Source: a virus. Taken from it: a stretch of 39,875 bases of DNA. Below, one piece after another: positions 11,507 through 22,844 of this stretch. Position numbers and translations under genes: made by a program. The first letter of the stretch is position 1, and the number at the start of each line of letters is the position of its first letter. Below the pieces are notes generated by a model. The model was not told the origin of the DNA and did no database searches. It was given only the letters and a program-made list of their open reading frames with translations. The stretch lies in the UHGV virus genome UHGV-0140636; one strand, given 5' to 3'.

Positions 11507-11744
11507 CTGCTGCCGCCTTAGGTTTTCGACCAGGCTTTTTACGCTGTTTTTCTTCTGGCTCTGGATCTGGCTCTGGCTCTGGCTCTGGATCTGGCTCTGC
11601 AACATCCTTCAGAAGATCATCAGGATGTGCAAACCAGCCAGCATCCAGATATTCCTGAAGCTCTTCGGCTTTCACGATTTCAAAGTCGTAGCCAACGCCT
11701 TTCCACTTCTTCATGTCGCCATGACGAAAGATCATGTGTGTCAT
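11484..11744 (-). CDS. Small protein with acidic Glu-Pro/Asp-Pro repeat linker and basic tail
   Basis: ATG 11744 with GGAG 7 nt upstream directly after coat terminator; 86 aa [16 protein letters not shown]...[27 protein letters not shown]; overlaps gp4 start by 23 nt. Confidence 0.45.
   Translation of the reverse strand: MTHMIFRHGDMKKWKGVGYDFEIVKAEELQEYLDAGWFAHPDDLLKDVAEPDPEPEPEPDPEPEEKQRKKPGRKPKAAADEPDNEG
11555..11599. repeat. Tandem hexanucleotide repeat (CTGGCT/CTGGAT), about 7.5 units
   Basis: Directly visible: ctggctctggatctggctctggctctggctctggatctggctctg. Confidence 0.9.
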
Positions 11745-11755
11745 GCTTGTCTCCA

Positions 11756-11780
11756 GATAAAAAAGGGAGCCGAAGCTCCC
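11756..11780 (-). terminator. Intrinsic terminator after coat gene
   Basis: Minus strand GGGAGC-TTCG-GCTCCC followed by TTTTTT immediately 3' of coat stop. Confidence 0.75.
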
Positions 11781-11788
11781 TCTGGTTA

Positions 11789-13084
11789 TCACGCGGTCTG
11801 GTTAGGCAGACCAACACCAATTGCCTCTGGTCGTACAGCACATGCTGAATACCACACAGCAATACGGCACTTACCAGACAGAGTGTTGATATCACCCTGC
11901 GTTGCGAAGATGCCGTTAACACCAATACCAGGAATGCTGAAGGAAGACGTTTTCATGCCAGCAAACAGTTCATGGGTTACCGGGATCGGCTGAGACAGCA
12001 GACGGATTGAGTCATCAGCCCAGAACACGTTAGCGGTGGTTGTTGCCACGTTCAGAACGTTTACCGGAGTGGTATCAGCAAGAGAGGTGTTTACGTTAGC
12101 GTAAGCCTTCTCTTCTTTTGTCAGTGACGCGTCATCCAGTGCAATCGGTTTCGGCGTGATTTCGATGTGAGTACCATCGATCACACGGGTGATTGAGAAA
12201 GTCGCATCATCAGTTAGCACGTTCTTCGCCATCTGAGACAGGAATTTCACACCAGTGAAACTGATTTTGTCGCCGCGCTTAAATCCGGTGGTGGAGGATA
12301 CGGTCACCGTTGCAACACGGTTGTCGACGTTCTCTTTGTTACCATCGGTATCAAGGGTGTATGCCTGCGGCTTAAACTTCTGCGCACCAGAAACAGTTAC
12401 ACCAGTAGCGGTTGACTTGGTAACTGCCGGAAGTTTCGGTGAGCGAAGAATTTCATCAAAGCCAGCAATCTGACGCTGAATAGTACCGTTGCGATACGCT
12501 TCTTCAGGAACGCGCCCGAAGATGTCACCATCTACCAGGTTGCGGCCTGCTTTGCGGTAATCGTCAGGGTTCAGGAAGTAACTGATGCCCATATCGCGGT
12601 TTAGCTCACGGGAGAACATCAGGCGCTCTGCATCAGAAACAAAATCCCAGCCAGACAGGCCAGTAGATGGACCAATTGCGCGGGTATCGTGAACAACAAG
12701 CGAGCCCATTTCAGTTGCCTGTTTGGCAATCGCTGACTCAATGTTATTCGCCAGTTTTTTGGCGGATGCCTGGATGCGGCGACGGTAAGAACGCTCATCA
12801 CGCAGGTCATCTGCACGAAGCTCGAAGAAATCGTTATCCGGATCGCCCATGTTGCATTTCACGGAGAGTTCCAGAATCCCGGTTGCGTTGCCAGTTAAAT
12901 CCCAGCCAGTCTGGGTTGGCGCTTCCTGCTCAACAGGCATCCACACGGTGTTGCTTGAACGCTGCATGGATTCTGCCGGAGGGGTGTATTTTGTCACTTT
13001 AGACGCCATTGGCGTCAGGTTCTGGACGGTTTCGATGATTTCATCCAGAGCATACGTGACCAGTTGACCTTCATTTAATGCCAT
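11789..13084 (-). CDS. gp5: Major coat protein gp5
   Basis: 431 aa; [27 protein letters not shown] and C-terminus [13 protein letters not shown] match P22 coat. Confidence 0.9.
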   Translation of the reverse strand: MALNEGQLVTYALDEIIETVQNLTPMASKVTKYTPPAESMQRSSNTVWMPVEQEAPTQTGWDLTGNATGILELSVKCNMGDPDNDFFELRADDLRDERSYRRRIQASAKKLANNIESAIAKQATEMGSLVVHDTRAIGPSTGLSGWDFVSDAERLMFSRELNRDMGISYFLNPDDYRKAGRNLVDGDIFGRVPEEAYRNGTIQRQIAGFDEILRSPKLPAVTKSTATGVTVSGAQKFKPQAYTLDTDGNKENVDNRVATVTVSSTTGFKRGDKISFTGVKFLSQMAKNVLTDDATFSITRVIDGTHIEITPKPIALDDASLTKEEKAYANVNTSLADTTPVNVLNVATTTANVFWADDSIRLLSQPIPVTHELFAGMKTSSFSIPGIGVNGIFATQGDINTLSGKCRIAVWYSACAVRPEAIGVGLPNQTA

Positions 13085-13995
13085 TATCGAATTCCTTTAT
13101 TCAGTTGCGCCTTGAGCTTGCGGTATGTCTCTACATCCCCTTTGTTTGCTGCCGCTTCCATCTGCTTTTCAATCGCAGAGATATTTGCAGCAACAGCGTG
13201 TCCCTGAATGGGTTCATCAGGTAACGGGGCTTCTGAAACAGGCTTGGCTCGAGGCTTGAGAGTTAAACGTTCTGACAGTCGAGTGAGTTCAATCAGCGCG
13301 GATTGCCCGTCCATCGCCAGCAACTGGCGTGTTTTCTCAGGATTAGCACCAAGGTGATACATGAGAGCAGCGGATTTCTCCGGGAAGAGGCGCATGATGT
13401 CGGCACCGACTGCTGGCGGCACCAGTTGCATGAATGCATCCTCTTTCTCCTGATAGTCAGGGATATTGAGCTTTTCCGCTGCGTCGTAGTGCTTACGGGC
13501 TGCCTCGACGTATTGCGCTGATTGCTGGGTGAACTCCTGAGTTTTGCGACCCTGCTCGGCGACAGCCTGGCTTCGTGCGTCCATAGCCTTGATCTGCCAT
13601 TCACTGTTTGCCTGCTGGAAGGCAGCCAGTGCGCGGCTCTGGTCATAGTCGTACTTAGCCAGTGCATCTTCGGAAAGATAATCGTTAGGGTCTGGTTGTT
13701 TTGGTAACTCAGGGTTCACCCGCAGGTGCTCCGGCAACTCTCCACGCTTAACCGCTTCCATCTGCTGCTCAAGCTCACGCTGGCGTTTGCGTTCGATGCG
13801 GCGACGGGCAAATTCAGCATTAGTTGCCGGGTCTTGTTTTGGTTTCTCATCGTCTTTCAGGACAATCTCGAAGCCTTCTTCCTGACCTGCGTTGTCGTTG
13901 GCATTATCGACAACTAAGCCATCAGCAGATGCCGCTGCATGATTGCCGGGCAGGGTTAATTCTTCAGAAGCCTGAATGTCGGTGGTTTGGTCCAT
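13084..13995 (-). CDS. gp8: Scaffolding protein gp8
   Basis: 303 aa; strong similarity to P22 scaffold ([38 protein letters not shown]). Confidence 0.9.
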   Translation of the reverse strand: MDQTTDIQASEELTLPGNHAAASADGLVVDNANDNAGQEEGFEIVLKDDEKPKQDPATNAEFARRRIERKRQRELEQQMEAVKRGELPEHLRVNPELPKQPDPNDYLSEDALAKYDYDQSRALAAFQQANSEWQIKAMDARSQAVAEQGRKTQEFTQQSAQYVEAARKHYDAAEKLNIPDYQEKEDAFMQLVPPAVGADIMRLFPEKSAALMYHLGANPEKTRQLLAMDGQSALIELTRLSERLTLKPRAKPVSEAPLPDEPIQGHAVAANISAIEKQMEAAANKGDVETYRKLKAQLNKGIR

Positions 13996-14008
13996 GATTA
14001 ACTCTCTC

Positions 14009-16174
14009 TTATTGAGGTGTCTCGGCTACTCCGCCGGAGGGGATTTGAACTTGACGCATAAGATTCGCGAAATCCATGCGTTGTGAATGAGTCTGGTCTG
14101 CATCTTTAAGAAGCAGCTCAGCGTTAGCACGAGCATCTTTGCTGCGCTGTTGCTGGAATTGACCTACGAGCTTGAGGTACTCACGCAGTTCTGCCTGCTT
14201 GTCGAGGTCCATATTGTTGAAGATTTCCGCAATCTTCGCGGCGTTGAGTTGGTTTTGGGCTTCAACCTTGGCGGCTTCAACCTGAATCTGCGCCTGTTGG
14301 TTCTCTGCCTTGAGCAATTCAGCCTGACCTTGCAGAAGGATACCCTGCGCCTGAATTTGCTCTGCTGATGGCTGCTGCGGCTGCTGTTGAGCCTGCTGTA
14401 CCATCTCCATCTCTTCAGGTGTTTCTGGCTTCTTCAGCCCCATCATCACCAGTTGCTTGTTCGCGTACTCTCGCATCATCTCGACGCCTTTACCGTCAAG
14501 CAGCGTGAAGTATTGCAGCATCAGCATCTGGAACTCTGGAGTACCTTGCGGAACCTTGGTGAGCAACTCCTGAATCTCTGCGCGGTTCTGTTCCTTCATA
14601 CTCTGGAAGGATGGTCCTACGTCTGTATAGCACTCATAGCGACCGCGAATGTCGTTGAGTGTGACCACATTGCCGGACTGGTAATCGACAACTTGCGCAT
14701 AGAGTTGAACGTCTTTCTCGCTTCCGTCTTCAAGAGTCAGCGTTACATGGCGAGGAACGTCATAAATATCGTTGACCATTGAGGCATAAATCTCGCCATC
14801 ACGTCGCATTGCGGTAGCCAGGTTATCCTGAAACACGTATGTCTCAAGGTCTGCCCGCATGTTCAGTTGATTGACGGTATCGAAAGCGACCTGACCATTT
14901 GCCGCCTGCGCATCAACTCCAAGACTAGCCACCTCTTTCACTGCGTTGGTGGCTGCCTCAAGCATGTAAGCGTTGGCTTGCGGCACTTCAGGGTTTTCCA
15001 TGTAGGAGATTGGACCAATCGGCAGGTCGTTACCGTTTTCATCAGTCCTGTTCTGGAGATAGTACGGATAGTCATCATTTCCACCGTACATGTATTCGTA
15101 GCCTTCGATTTGCTCAGGGAAGAAGGTAGGTTTCTTCTTCGGTGAACGAGCAACAATATCGGCGTTGAATGACATGATCATGTTACGAAGGCGTTGACCG
15201 TCTTTCGTCAGCCTTACCACGCCCTCGTAGCACTCCTTGTCACCAGCGAATGACCATTCGCCGTACACAGGAACGATTGGGATATGCTCTCCGGCTATCT
15301 TCTCGCGGTCTTTCAGTATCTGCGTGCAGGTGATGATCGACTTATACACACGCCGACGCTTGACCTTACGCTCTGCTACCTTAATGAATCCACGATTAGC
15401 CAGGTCGTCGATGACGTCTTTGATATCCTGCTGGTAATAGCTGACCGGCTCACCTGTCAGCGGGTCGCGGTAGATGAAGACTTTCTCTTTCTTCTCTTCG
15501 ACCTCGTAATACTCAGCGACGTAGACGACATCATTCGATACCCACGGAAACAGCCATGTATCGTTTGGATTCTGGAAAGATGGCAAGGTGTCCGGATCAA
15601 TACCGTAATCCTCTGCGAACTCTTTCCAGCCATTGCGCGACAAGGCGTTAATCACCGTGCAGTGCTTAGCGTCGCTCTTATCCATCTGCTTGCTGTTGGC
15701 GTCCCATATGACGTGTGAGCAGGCTTCATGAATTGGCAGGCGTCTGATTACCTGATTGTTGCTTGTTGGGTCGTTGTCTTCGTACTGTGTGACCAGACGC
15801 CATGCACCAACGCCGGACTCTATCTGCTCACGAACGCCAACGTTAACGGCAATCTTTGCCGTGTTATGGCGCATATCAGTACGATACATCCCCATCAACA
15901 CATCGGCTGCATCAGGATTAGCGCCGTCTTTGGGTCGGAAGAGAACGTCGATAGGGTTCCGGCGCATCTCTGCGACCAGTTTCCTGACCACCGGGCGAAC
16001 AACATCGAATTGTCCGCGATATTGCAGGGTGGTGTAGTTTGATAGCCAGTCATCCCATTGCGACACTCGGCTAAAATACAGGTCATTTGTCGCCTCGGTT
16101 CTGGCTTCATCGCTCGCCATCCAGTCTGCGTCAAACTTACACAGAATGGAATTGAGTCTGTTTTCGTCGGCCAT
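14009..16174 (-). CDS. gp1: Portal protein gp1
   Basis: 721 aa, synteny and size as P22 portal. Confidence 0.9.
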   Translation of the reverse strand: MADENRLNSILCKFDADWMASDEARTEATNDLYFSRVSQWDDWLSNYTTLQYRGQFDVVRPVVRKLVAEMRRNPIDVLFRPKDGANPDAADVLMGMYRTDMRHNTAKIAVNVGVREQIESGVGAWRLVTQYEDNDPTSNNQVIRRLPIHEACSHVIWDANSKQMDKSDAKHCTVINALSRNGWKEFAEDYGIDPDTLPSFQNPNDTWLFPWVSNDVVYVAEYYEVEEKKEKVFIYRDPLTGEPVSYYQQDIKDVIDDLANRGFIKVAERKVKRRRVYKSIITCTQILKDREKIAGEHIPIVPVYGEWSFAGDKECYEGVVRLTKDGQRLRNMIMSFNADIVARSPKKKPTFFPEQIEGYEYMYGGNDDYPYYLQNRTDENGNDLPIGPISYMENPEVPQANAYMLEAATNAVKEVASLGVDAQAANGQVAFDTVNQLNMRADLETYVFQDNLATAMRRDGEIYASMVNDIYDVPRHVTLTLEDGSEKDVQLYAQVVDYQSGNVVTLNDIRGRYECYTDVGPSFQSMKEQNRAEIQELLTKVPQGTPEFQMLMLQYFTLLDGKGVEMMREYANKQLVMMGLKKPETPEEMEMVQQAQQQPQQPSAEQIQAQGILLQGQAELLKAENQQAQIQVEAAKVEAQNQLNAAKIAEIFNNMDLDKQAELREYLKLVGQFQQQRSKDARANAELLLKDADQTHSQRMDFANLMRQVQIPSGGVAETPQ

Positions 16175-17674
16175 TTAAGTTCTCCGTGCGATGGGCCTGA
16201 TTGGGGCTGGTATCTTTTTCTCTTTTGGTTTTTTGATGTCGCGCATCATTTTGGCGAAGCGGCGCATCATGTATGCATAGCGAACGGCGGAGAGAACGTC
16301 ATCGTTAAGCTTGACGATCTTCCCGTTTTCATCACGGTGATAGAGGCGAAACTCCTCAAAGAATGGCTCACAGGTGTTGAATACTTTGAAGCGACCATCA
16401 AGCATCATGTCTCGCAATTCAGTGATGCCAGGCTCAACAGCATTACCGCCATCAGGCCATGTCGCATGCTCCTGCAACATCATAAAACCAGCATCTGCAT
16501 ACTGCCCTTTGAGCTGCTCACCGCCGCCCTTCTCATGCTGGTTTCCGTCATGAGGCCATGCTGTTGGCACTTTATGCGCCCATGATTTAACAGCTCCCCA
16601 TGCCTGAACGGCTGTTTTTTCTTTCGCCTTCCACACGCGTGAAACGTAGATTGTGTCTGCGTCCTTATCCCACCAAAGCTGAACCTGCGCCTGCGGGTGA
16701 TCCCATCCGAAATCCATCCCGCCAATTACGTAGAAGTGATCAGGACACTCGAACGGCTGACACTTAATCGTCTCTTCCGGTATCTGGAAGATTCGACCAC
16801 TACCCATCGTAGGAATACCGCGAGCACGCGCCTCTCTCTCATGCTCTGGATAGGATGCGATGATTTGCTCTTTCTGCTCGTCGGTATAGTGCTCAGCGTC
16901 ATAGATGGTCATGTTGACCACTTTCTGCGACTTGCTGGGATTCTTCAGGAACTTGGTAACAACGTCAGACATCCCCATCAGCGGGGTAAACGTCAGAATT
17001 GAGAATTGCCCGTATTTGTTGGTACGGGTAAGACCTTCGCCATAAATGCTGTATGGTGGCTCTTCGTCAAACCACACGCCGTGGATTGTGTCACCCTGCC
17101 AGCGAGCGCGGCCTTGCGAGTATGGTTTGAAGTAGCAGATTGAAATGCCATCTTCAACGCCATCAGCCGTGTGATGCTTAACCAGAAGATGATCAACAAG
17201 GTTCGGAAAGAAAGGAGACTTCTTCCAGCTAATGATGTCCTCTTTCGGTATGGAACCGTAGCCTGGCTCATCATTCTCTTCGATACGACCGCACAGGATG
17301 CGTTGAGTCGTTTTGGTTACAGTCTCGTTTGTCTCGCCACCAATCCAGAAGACAACAGGCTCATAGAAACGCTTACCTTTCCACTCACCGCCATATTTAC
17401 CATCAGCAGGATAGCCTTTTGTGCCCGGATAACGACCTGTAAGGTGAAACGCGACTTCAGCAGCACCAGTAAATGACTTACCAAGCTGGTTACCAGCCAT
17501 AAAACATCGCTCTGGGTAGTCATGTCCGGCGTCGATGAACTCACGCTGTTTGCTGTATGGCGTAAATTCATATAGCAGGTGTGTGTTCCGGTAGTTCTCT
17601 TCTTCTTCGAGTAGCTCGAGCAATTCGATTTGCTCTTCGTCGCTCAAGTTATCAAGAATCGCGTCCAGTTCCAC
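16175..17674 (-). CDS. gp2: Terminase large subunit gp2
   Basis: 499 aa; [43 protein letters not shown] matches P22 TerL. Confidence 0.9.
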   Translation of the reverse strand: MELDAILDNLSDEEQIELLELLEEEENYRNTHLLYEFTPYSKQREFIDAGHDYPERCFMAGNQLGKSFTGAAEVAFHLTGRYPGTKGYPADGKYGGEWKGKRFYEPVVFWIGGETNETVTKTTQRILCGRIEENDEPGYGSIPKEDIISWKKSPFFPNLVDHLLVKHHTADGVEDGISICYFKPYSQGRARWQGDTIHGVWFDEEPPYSIYGEGLTRTNKYGQFSILTFTPLMGMSDVVTKFLKNPSKSQKVVNMTIYDAEHYTDEQKEQIIASYPEHEREARARGIPTMGSGRIFQIPEETIKCQPFECPDHFYVIGGMDFGWDHPQAQVQLWWDKDADTIYVSRVWKAKEKTAVQAWGAVKSWAHKVPTAWPHDGNQHEKGGGEQLKGQYADAGFMMLQEHATWPDGGNAVEPGITELRDMMLDGRFKVFNTCEPFFEEFRLYHRDENGKIVKLNDDVLSAVRYAYMMRRFAKMMRDIKKPKEKKIPAPIRPIARRT

Positions 17675-18140
17675 GGTTGAATAGCTCCTTGATACGAGAG
17701 CGCCGCTTATCGCGATCTCCCTTATCAGGTGTCACGTCTTCAACTTGCGACTGCTCTTTGAGGCCCAAATCACGGGCGATGATGTTAGCGTTGAGAAGGT
17801 CAGCGGCTGCGCCAGAGAATTTCTGGTCGTAGATGACCTGCTCTGCTCGCGTAACGACTTCAGATAAATCTTCTCGCAGGCGATATGTGCGCCATGTTTC
17901 AAGCGTCACATCAATGAACAGAGTGAGGCCGGTAATGGTCATCGCTCGCATCTTGGCGATAGGCTCTTGTATCACTTCACCCTGATACGAGAACGCCTTC
18001 ATCTCCCATAGCGGGTTAGCTTCCACCCACTCGAAGTATTCACAACAAGCAGCCCACAGCTCCTCAGGCGATTCGAATTTAGGGTTTCGCCCATGACTAC
18101 TGCGGGCCTCCCAAAATCGGTTGCCCTTTGGTGCTGCCAT
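17652..18140 (-). CDS. gp3: Terminase small subunit gp3
   Basis: 162 aa; [29 protein letters not shown] matches P22 gp3; 23-nt overlap with TerL. Confidence 0.85.
   Translation of the reverse strand: MAAPKGNRFWEARSSHGRNPKFESPEELWAACCEYFEWVEANPLWEMKAFSYQGEVIQEPIAKMRAMTITGLTLFIDVTLETWRTYRLREDLSEVVTRAEQVIYDQKFSGAAADLLNANIIARDLGLKEQSQVEDVTPDKGDRDKRRSRIKELFNRGTGRDS
17852..17873 (-). other. pac: pac site within gene 3
   Basis: Minus-strand GAAGATTTATCTGAAGTCGTTA matches the P22 pac sequence as I recall it. Confidence 0.55.
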
Positions 18141-18219
18141 ATTGATTATTTCCCTTCTGCTTGCTTATCCCATTCATCGCGGAATTTGGATGGGTTGTCG
18201 AAACCTTGAGTTGCCATGT

Positions 18220-18462
18220 TTATGCTCCGGTAGTGAACAGGTCTAACGCTTCCTTCGATTTACGCACCGCTTCAAATGTGCGGATCGTGATATCCGAATT
18301 AGCGCCGCCTGACTGGAAGTGAATTTTGAATAGCTCAAGCTTCAGCTCGTCAGTGCCAATGAACTGAAATGCTTCCTCTGCGGCTGCGTTCTGGTTCATG
18401 ACCAGTTTGTAAATCTCTAACTGGAATTTCTGTTCTTCAGTCATGGGAATAATCTCTGCCAT
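18220..18462 (-). CDS. Hypothetical protein (P22 ORF80-like position)
   Basis: 80 aa ORF upstream of gp3 on the same strand. Confidence 0.55.
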   Translation of the reverse strand: MAEIIPMTEEQKFQLEIYKLVMNQNAAAEEAFQFIGTDELKLELFKIHFQSGGANSDITIRTFEAVRKSKEALDLFTTGA

Positions 18463-18814
18463 TGTTGGCTCCGTTTATCCGTTAAAAGGGATATCAGTTA
18501 AGTTATCCCGTGTAGGGTATAAGCCATTGTCGAGACCATTCATTGAATGGCCTCTGCAATAACCGATGTCTTTCCATCAGTCCGCCACCACAAAGAATCT
18601 TTTTTGCCATAAGGCAGGAGGTTCATCTTTCAGTGGCTGCCAGTGTTATTTCCCCACTTACTGGCTTGTGTTGTTTCGCTGTACTGCCGCAACTGGTGGT
18701 GCACAGATTTAGTTAAATCTGTTCTCGCCTGAACTATCTTTTACATACCCGGATTGTGGGGATGTAAATCACGGTTTCATTATCAAGCCCACCCGTAGAT
18801 GGGCTTTGGAATGG

Positions 18815-19333
18815 TCACTTTGGCAGTCCGGGGATCGATATTTGCGCCTGCTGCTCAAGCCTTTTGATTCTTGCTATGAGTTGCGGTTTTTTGATCCTGC
18901 CCCAGCGGTTCAGCAAGCGTCCTGACATACTGGCAACATCCTTTTCCTTCATGAACTCCAGCATTAACTCGTTGTGCTCTCTTTGGTATGAGTGAGCCAT
19001 CTCCATCAGCCTGTCACGCATCCAATTAAATGCTTTGATAAACGCCTCTTTGATGGCGGCAGCTTTTTTGCCGGTAAACGACATGATGATGTACATCGCA
19101 CCGTCTTTGGAAATTTCATATTCAACATACTGATTACCCTTGTGTTCATAGGTAACCCGCGAAAAGTTGCTGGTTAGAAATTCATCCGAACAGTCTAGCT
19201 TTTCGATTTTCTGAATGATGTGGTGATGCTGCTTGTCGAAGTAAGCTGCTACCTTGCGGGAGGTTGTGATCACGCGATCACCAGAAACAACCACCATGTC
19301 CCGGAAATCGAGATTAGCCAATTGATGATTCAT
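18815..19333 (-). CDS. rha: Phage regulatory protein Rha family
   Basis: MNHQLANLDFRDMVVVSGDRVITTSRKVAAYFDKQHHHIIQKIEKL resembles Rha family; start placed at internal ATG 19333. Confidence 0.65.
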   Translation of the reverse strand: MNHQLANLDFRDMVVVSGDRVITTSRKVAAYFDKQHHHIIQKIEKLDCSDEFLTSNFSRVTYEHKGNQYVEYEISKDGAMYIIMSFTGKKAAAIKEAFIKAFNWMRDRLMEMAHSYQREHNELMLEFMKEKDVASMSGRLLNRWGRIKKPQLIARIKRLEQQAQISIPGLPK

Positions 19334-19479
19334 AGCGTCTTTACCTTTTAGAAAGTGAACCTGTCTCACAGAAAAGCCGCCCGAGAGAGGTCGCCACCTA
19401 TAACGGCATTTCTCAGGCTCGCTTACTGAAAGGCTCTCGTTAATATGCGCGTGAGATGCGCTGTGAAATTCAGATATAA

Positions 19480-19503
19480 AAAGCCCCGCGAATGCGAGGC
19501 TAA
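19480..19503 (-). terminator. Candidate intrinsic terminator after lysis cassette
   Basis: Minus strand CCTCGC-ATTC-GCGGGG (one G-U pair) followed by CTTTTTAT. Confidence 0.45.
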
Positions 19504-19675
19504 ATCCTGGTATTTGTAATGAACTGGCTCTTATCTCAACGCAGCCCCTTACTGCGCGCCAGATGCTCAATATCAAGCATCAGCAATGAGATGTTTAATC
19601 TGGATTTACTCCAGAAGTGATCACCACCCTGCCTACAGAGCCAGATGTGAAGGATGATGAGTAAAATTATCGCTA

Positions 19676-20113
19676 TCATCGAAGGCATTGCGTCCTGATG
19701 TACTCCTGCAGGTAGTTAACCTGCGCGGTTATCCTGTCGATTCCACTTCGGAGACGGTAATAATTGAGTTCAGCATCTGCTGTAAGTCTTGGGCTTTCTC
19801 CATCGCCCATGCTGCTGGCTCCGGTCGTTGACTTTGCACAGGTGGCGGCGACTTGCAGGCGCTTACGCCCAGCAGAAACATCAGCACGGAGGCTTTCGAT
19901 AGTCGCGTTAGCATCAGCAAGCTCCTTTGTGTATCTGGCGTCAAGTACTGCTACATCACGTTGACGCTTCTGCATGTCAGCAATTGTGGATGCGGCCTTA
20001 TCGCGCTGCTCTTTGTAGGCGATTGCATTATCACGGTAATGATTGACCGCCCATGACAGGCAAACGATGATGCAGATAACCAGAGCGGAGATAATCGCGG
20101 CTACTCTGCTCAT
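19676..20113 (-). CDS. Rz: Rz i-spanin
   Basis: [32 protein letters not shown]-terminal TM plus coiled coil; follows endolysin. Confidence 0.85.
   Translation of the reverse strand: MSRVAAIISALVICIIVCLSWAVNHYRDNAIAYKEQRDKAASTIADMQKRQRDVAVLDARYTKELADANATIESLRADVSAGRKRLQVAATCAKSTTGASSMGDGESPRLTADAELNYYRLRSGIDRITAQVNYLQEYIRTQCLR
19729..19914 (-). CDS. Rz1: Rz1 o-spanin, embedded in Rz in +1 frame
   Basis: [20 protein letters not shown] lipobox, Pro-rich mature part. Confidence 0.6.
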   Translation of the reverse strand: MLTRLSKASVLMFLLGVSACKSPPPVQSQRPEPAAWAMEKAQDLQQMLNSIITVSEVESTG

Positions 20114-20586
20114 ACCTCAATCTCTCTGACCGTTCCGCCTGCTTCTTTGAATTTTGCAATCAGGCTGTCAGCCTTATGCTCGAACTGACCATAACCAGCA
20201 CCCGGCAGTGAAGCCCAGATATTGCTGCAACGGTCGATAGCCTGACGAATATCACCGCGATCAATCATCGGTAAAGCGCCACGCTCCTTAATCTGCTGCA
20301 ATGCCACAGCGTCCTGACTTTTCGGAGAGAAATCTTTCAGTCCAAGCTGCTTACGGTAGGCATCCCACCAACGGGAAAGAAGCTGGTAACGTCCGGCTGC
20401 TGTTGATTTGAGTTTGGGGTTTAGCGTGACAAGTTTGCGAGGGTGATCGGAGTAATCAGTGAATAGCTCTCCGCCAACAATGACGTCATAACCATGATTT
20501 CTGGTTTTCTGCCGTCCGTTATCAGTTCCCTCTGACCACGCCAGCATATCGAGGAACGCCTTACGTTGATTATTGATTTCCACCAT
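20110..20586 (-). CDS. R: Endolysin R (lytic transglycosylase)
   Basis: 158 aa essentially identical to lambda R as recalled ([39 protein letters not shown]). Confidence 0.9.
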   Translation of the reverse strand: MVEINNQRKAFLDMLAWSEGTDNGRQKTRNHGYDVIVGGELFTDYSDHPRKLVTLNPKLKSTAAGRYQLLSRWWDAYRKQLGLKDFSPKSQDAVALQQIKERGALPMIDRGDIRQAIDRCSNIWASLPGAGYGQFEHKADSLIAKFKEAGGTVREIEV

Positions 20587-20893
20587 CTTCTACTCCGGCT
20601 TTTTTAGCAGCGAAGCGTTTGATAAGCGAACCAATCGAGTCAGTACCGATGTAGCCGATGAACACGCTCGTTATATAAGCGAGATTGCTACTTAGTCCGG
20701 CGAAGTCGAGAAGGTCACGAATGAACCAGGCGATAATGGCGCACATCGTTGCGTCGATTACTGTTTTTGTAAACGCACCGCCATTATATCTGCCGCGAAG
20801 GTACGCCATTGCAAACGCAAGGATTGCCCCGATGCCTTGTTCCTTTGCCGCGAGAATAGCGGCTAACAGGTCATGTTTTTCTGGCATCTTCAT
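20570..20893 (-). CDS. S: Holin S
   Basis: 107 aa [39 protein letters not shown] matches lambda S107. Confidence 0.9.
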   Translation of the reverse strand: MKMPEKHDLLAAILAAKEQGIGAILAFAMAYLRGRYNGGAFTKTVIDATMCAIIAWFIRDLLDFAGLSSNLAYITSVFIGYIGTDSIGSLIKRFAAKKAGVEDGGNQ

Positions 20894-21404
20894 GTCTTAC
20901 CCCCAATAAGGGGATTTGCTCTATTTAATTAGGAATAAGGTCGATTTCTGATAGAACAAATCCAGGCTACTGTGTTTAGTAATCAGATTTGTTCGTGACC
21001 GATATGCACGGGCAAAACGGCAGGAGGTTGTTAGCGCGACCTCCTGTCACCCGCTTTCACGAAGATCATGTGTAGAAGGCCGCAGCATAACTATCACTGA
21101 TGAATCCAGGATAGCCAGTGGCTACGGCTCAGTTTGGGTTGTGCTGTTGCTGGTCGGCGATGACGCCTGTACGCATTTGGTGATCCGGTTCTGCTTCCGG
21201 CATTCGCTTAATTAGCCAAATACTCTTAACGTTGCGTTGTGATGGTCGGTGCTGAACTCCGACTCAGGGTTGTAGCAAGCCCCGCAAAGCGCGCACTACT
21301 GTAGTTGCGGCACATCAGCCTGTGCATTCATCACAACGGTAAGAGCACTCGGTGCATTTAAGCCAAGCCCCATAAGGGAGAATGCTCTTACCTGTTACAC
21401 AGAT

Positions 21405-21598
21405 ATAAAAAATCCCGAAACCGTTATGCAGGCTCTAACTATTACCTGCGAACTGTTTCGGGATTGCATTTTACAGACCTCTCAGCCTGCGATGGTTGGA
21501 GTTCCAGACGATGCGTCGAAGTGACCAACTAGGCGGAATCGGTAGTAAGCGCCGCCTCTTTTTATCTCACTACCACAACGAGCGAATTACCCCATCGT
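21405..21598 (-). ncRNA. Late leader 6S RNA ending at tR' terminator
   Basis: Lambda-like pR' leader; tR' hairpin CCCGAAAC...GTTTCGGG followed by ATTTTTTAT at 21405-21462. Confidence 0.6.
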
Positions 21599-21640
21599 TG
21601 GGTCAAATTTACCCAACTTTATTCAAAAAGTCAATATCAT
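21599..21640 (-). promoter_or_regulatory. Late promoter pR' with qut
   Basis: Minus strand TTGACT (-35, 21634-21629) and TAAATT (-10, 21611-21606); sequence matches lambda pR' region as recalled. Confidence 0.7.
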
Positions 21641-21676
21641 GCCGTTAATATGTTGCCATCCGTGGCAATTATGCTG

Positions 21677-22300
21677 CTAACGTGTGACCGCATTCAAAAT
21701 GTTGTCTGCGATTGACTCTTCCTTGTGGCATTGCACCACCAGAGCGTCATACAGCGGCTTAACAGTGCGTGACCAGGTGGGTTGGGTAAGGTTTGGGATT
21801 AGCATCGTTACAGCGCGATATGCGGCGCTTGCTGGCATTCTTGAATAGCCGACACCTTTGCATCTTCCGCATTCTTTCTCAACAACTCTCCCCCACAGTT
21901 CTGTTTTGGCTATATCAACCGCACGGCCTGTACCGTGGCAATCTCTGCATCTTGCGCCCGGCGTCGCGGCACTACGGCAATAATCCGCATAAGCGAATGT
22001 TGCGAGCACTTGCAGTACCTTTGCCTTAGTATTTCCTTCGAGCTTTGCCACACCACGGTATTTCCCCGATACCTTGTGTGCAAATTGCATCAGATAGTTG
22101 ATAGCCTTTTGTTTGTCGTTCTGGCTGAGTTCATGCTTACCGCAGAATGCAGCCATTCCGAATCCGGCTTGTGATTGCGCCATCCCCATAGCAGCCATCA
22201 CATCAGTACCGGAAAGAGAGTCAGAAGCCGTAGCCCGTGGTGAGTCGCTCATCATCGGGCTTTTTGGCGAATGAAATTTAGCTACACTTTCGAGTCTCAT
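21677..22300 (-). CDS. Q: Late antiterminator Q
   Basis: 207 aa matches lambda Q as recalled. Confidence 0.9.
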   Translation of the reverse strand: MRLESVAKFHSPKSPMMSDSPRATASDSLSGTDVMAAMGMAQSQAGFGMAAFCGKHELSQNDKQKAINYLMQFAHKVSGKYRGVAKLEGNTKAKVLQVLATFAYADYCRSAATPGARCRDCHGTGRAVDIAKTELWGRVVEKECGRCKGVGYSRMPASAAYRAVTMLIPNLTQPTWSRTVKPLYDALVVQCHKEESIADNILNAVTR

Positions 22301-22485
22301 GGTCTACCCCTCTTGCCCTGTTTGACCATCAGGACGCCGTTAACTATTACGTGACGCTCGCCTTTGCTGTCTCGGTTGTACTTGAGCACTGTTCCTCTTG
22401 CGCAGGAAAGCATCCTCGCCACTTCGGTCTGATTGCCTCGTGTCTGGATAAGAAGCTCTGGTATCGTTTGAATTGTGGCGTTCAT
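22297..22485 (-). CDS. ninH: NinH-like small DNA-binding protein
   Basis: TIPELLIQTRGNQTEVARMLSCARGTVLKY resembles lambda NinH. Confidence 0.7.
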   Translation of the reverse strand: MNATIQTIPELLIQTRGNQTEVARMLSCARGTVLKYNRDSKGERHVIVNGVLMVKQGKRGRP

Positions 22486-22844
22486 ACGTTCTCCAGTTCG
22501 GTGATTTTTATTCCAAGCCTTCCGCCTGGTACTTTCACACCACGAATTACGCGAATGTCATCGAATTGCTCGTCGTCTTCCGCAAATCCGGCGTGGATAA
22601 GGGAGTCGAGTAAACCTTTCAGGATGTTGTCGAGGTCGCGGCGGCGGGAGTCTGGAACGTCTGCGATGACTTTGATGCGGAGTCGTGATTTGGTGAAAAT
22701 GTCTAACTTAAGTTGGCGGATGATTTGCTGAACGTCTTTTCGGTATTTCTGGCCTTTATCGCTGATGTAGTATTGGCTTCCCCGTCTTCGCCAGTAGGTA
22801 TTCACCGACGGCGGGTAAGGAAGCACAAACTGATATTCGTTCAT
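22482..22844 (-). CDS. rusA: Holliday junction resolvase RusA
   Basis: 120 aa; PPSVNTYWRRR...DSRRRDLDNILKGLLDSL resembles RusA. Confidence 0.85.
   Translation of the reverse strand: MNEYQFVLPYPPSVNTYWRRRGSQYYISDKGQKYRKDVQQIIRQLKLDIFTKSRLRIKVIADVPDSRRRDLDNILKGLLDSLIHAGFAEDDEQFDDIRVIRGVKVPGGRLGIKITELENV

Noticed and set aside
11555-11599. CRISPR array
   Set aside because: Simple tandem hexamer with no spacers; the iterons at 27300-27432 are likewise origin repeats
11006-11605. 199 aa version of gp4 with SQIQSQ repeat N-terminus
   Set aside because: The extension is the repeat read in another frame; conserved gp4 N-terminus starts at ATG 11506
11337-11993. 218 aa plus-strand ORF (and nested 11443-11658, 11627-11848)
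   Set aside because: Antisense to gp4, the repeat ORF and coat; hydrophobic WLWL tract is the reverse reading of the hexamer repeat
14087-17476. Multiple plus-strand ORFs of 66-175 aa inside portal and terminase genes (e.g. 15284-15718, 16058-16585)
   Set aside because: Antisense to strongly conserved structural genes; no RBS or homology
18815-19576. 253 aa version of rha
   Set aside because: The first 81 codons span non-coding terminator/promoter sequence; Rha-like sequence starts at ATG 19333
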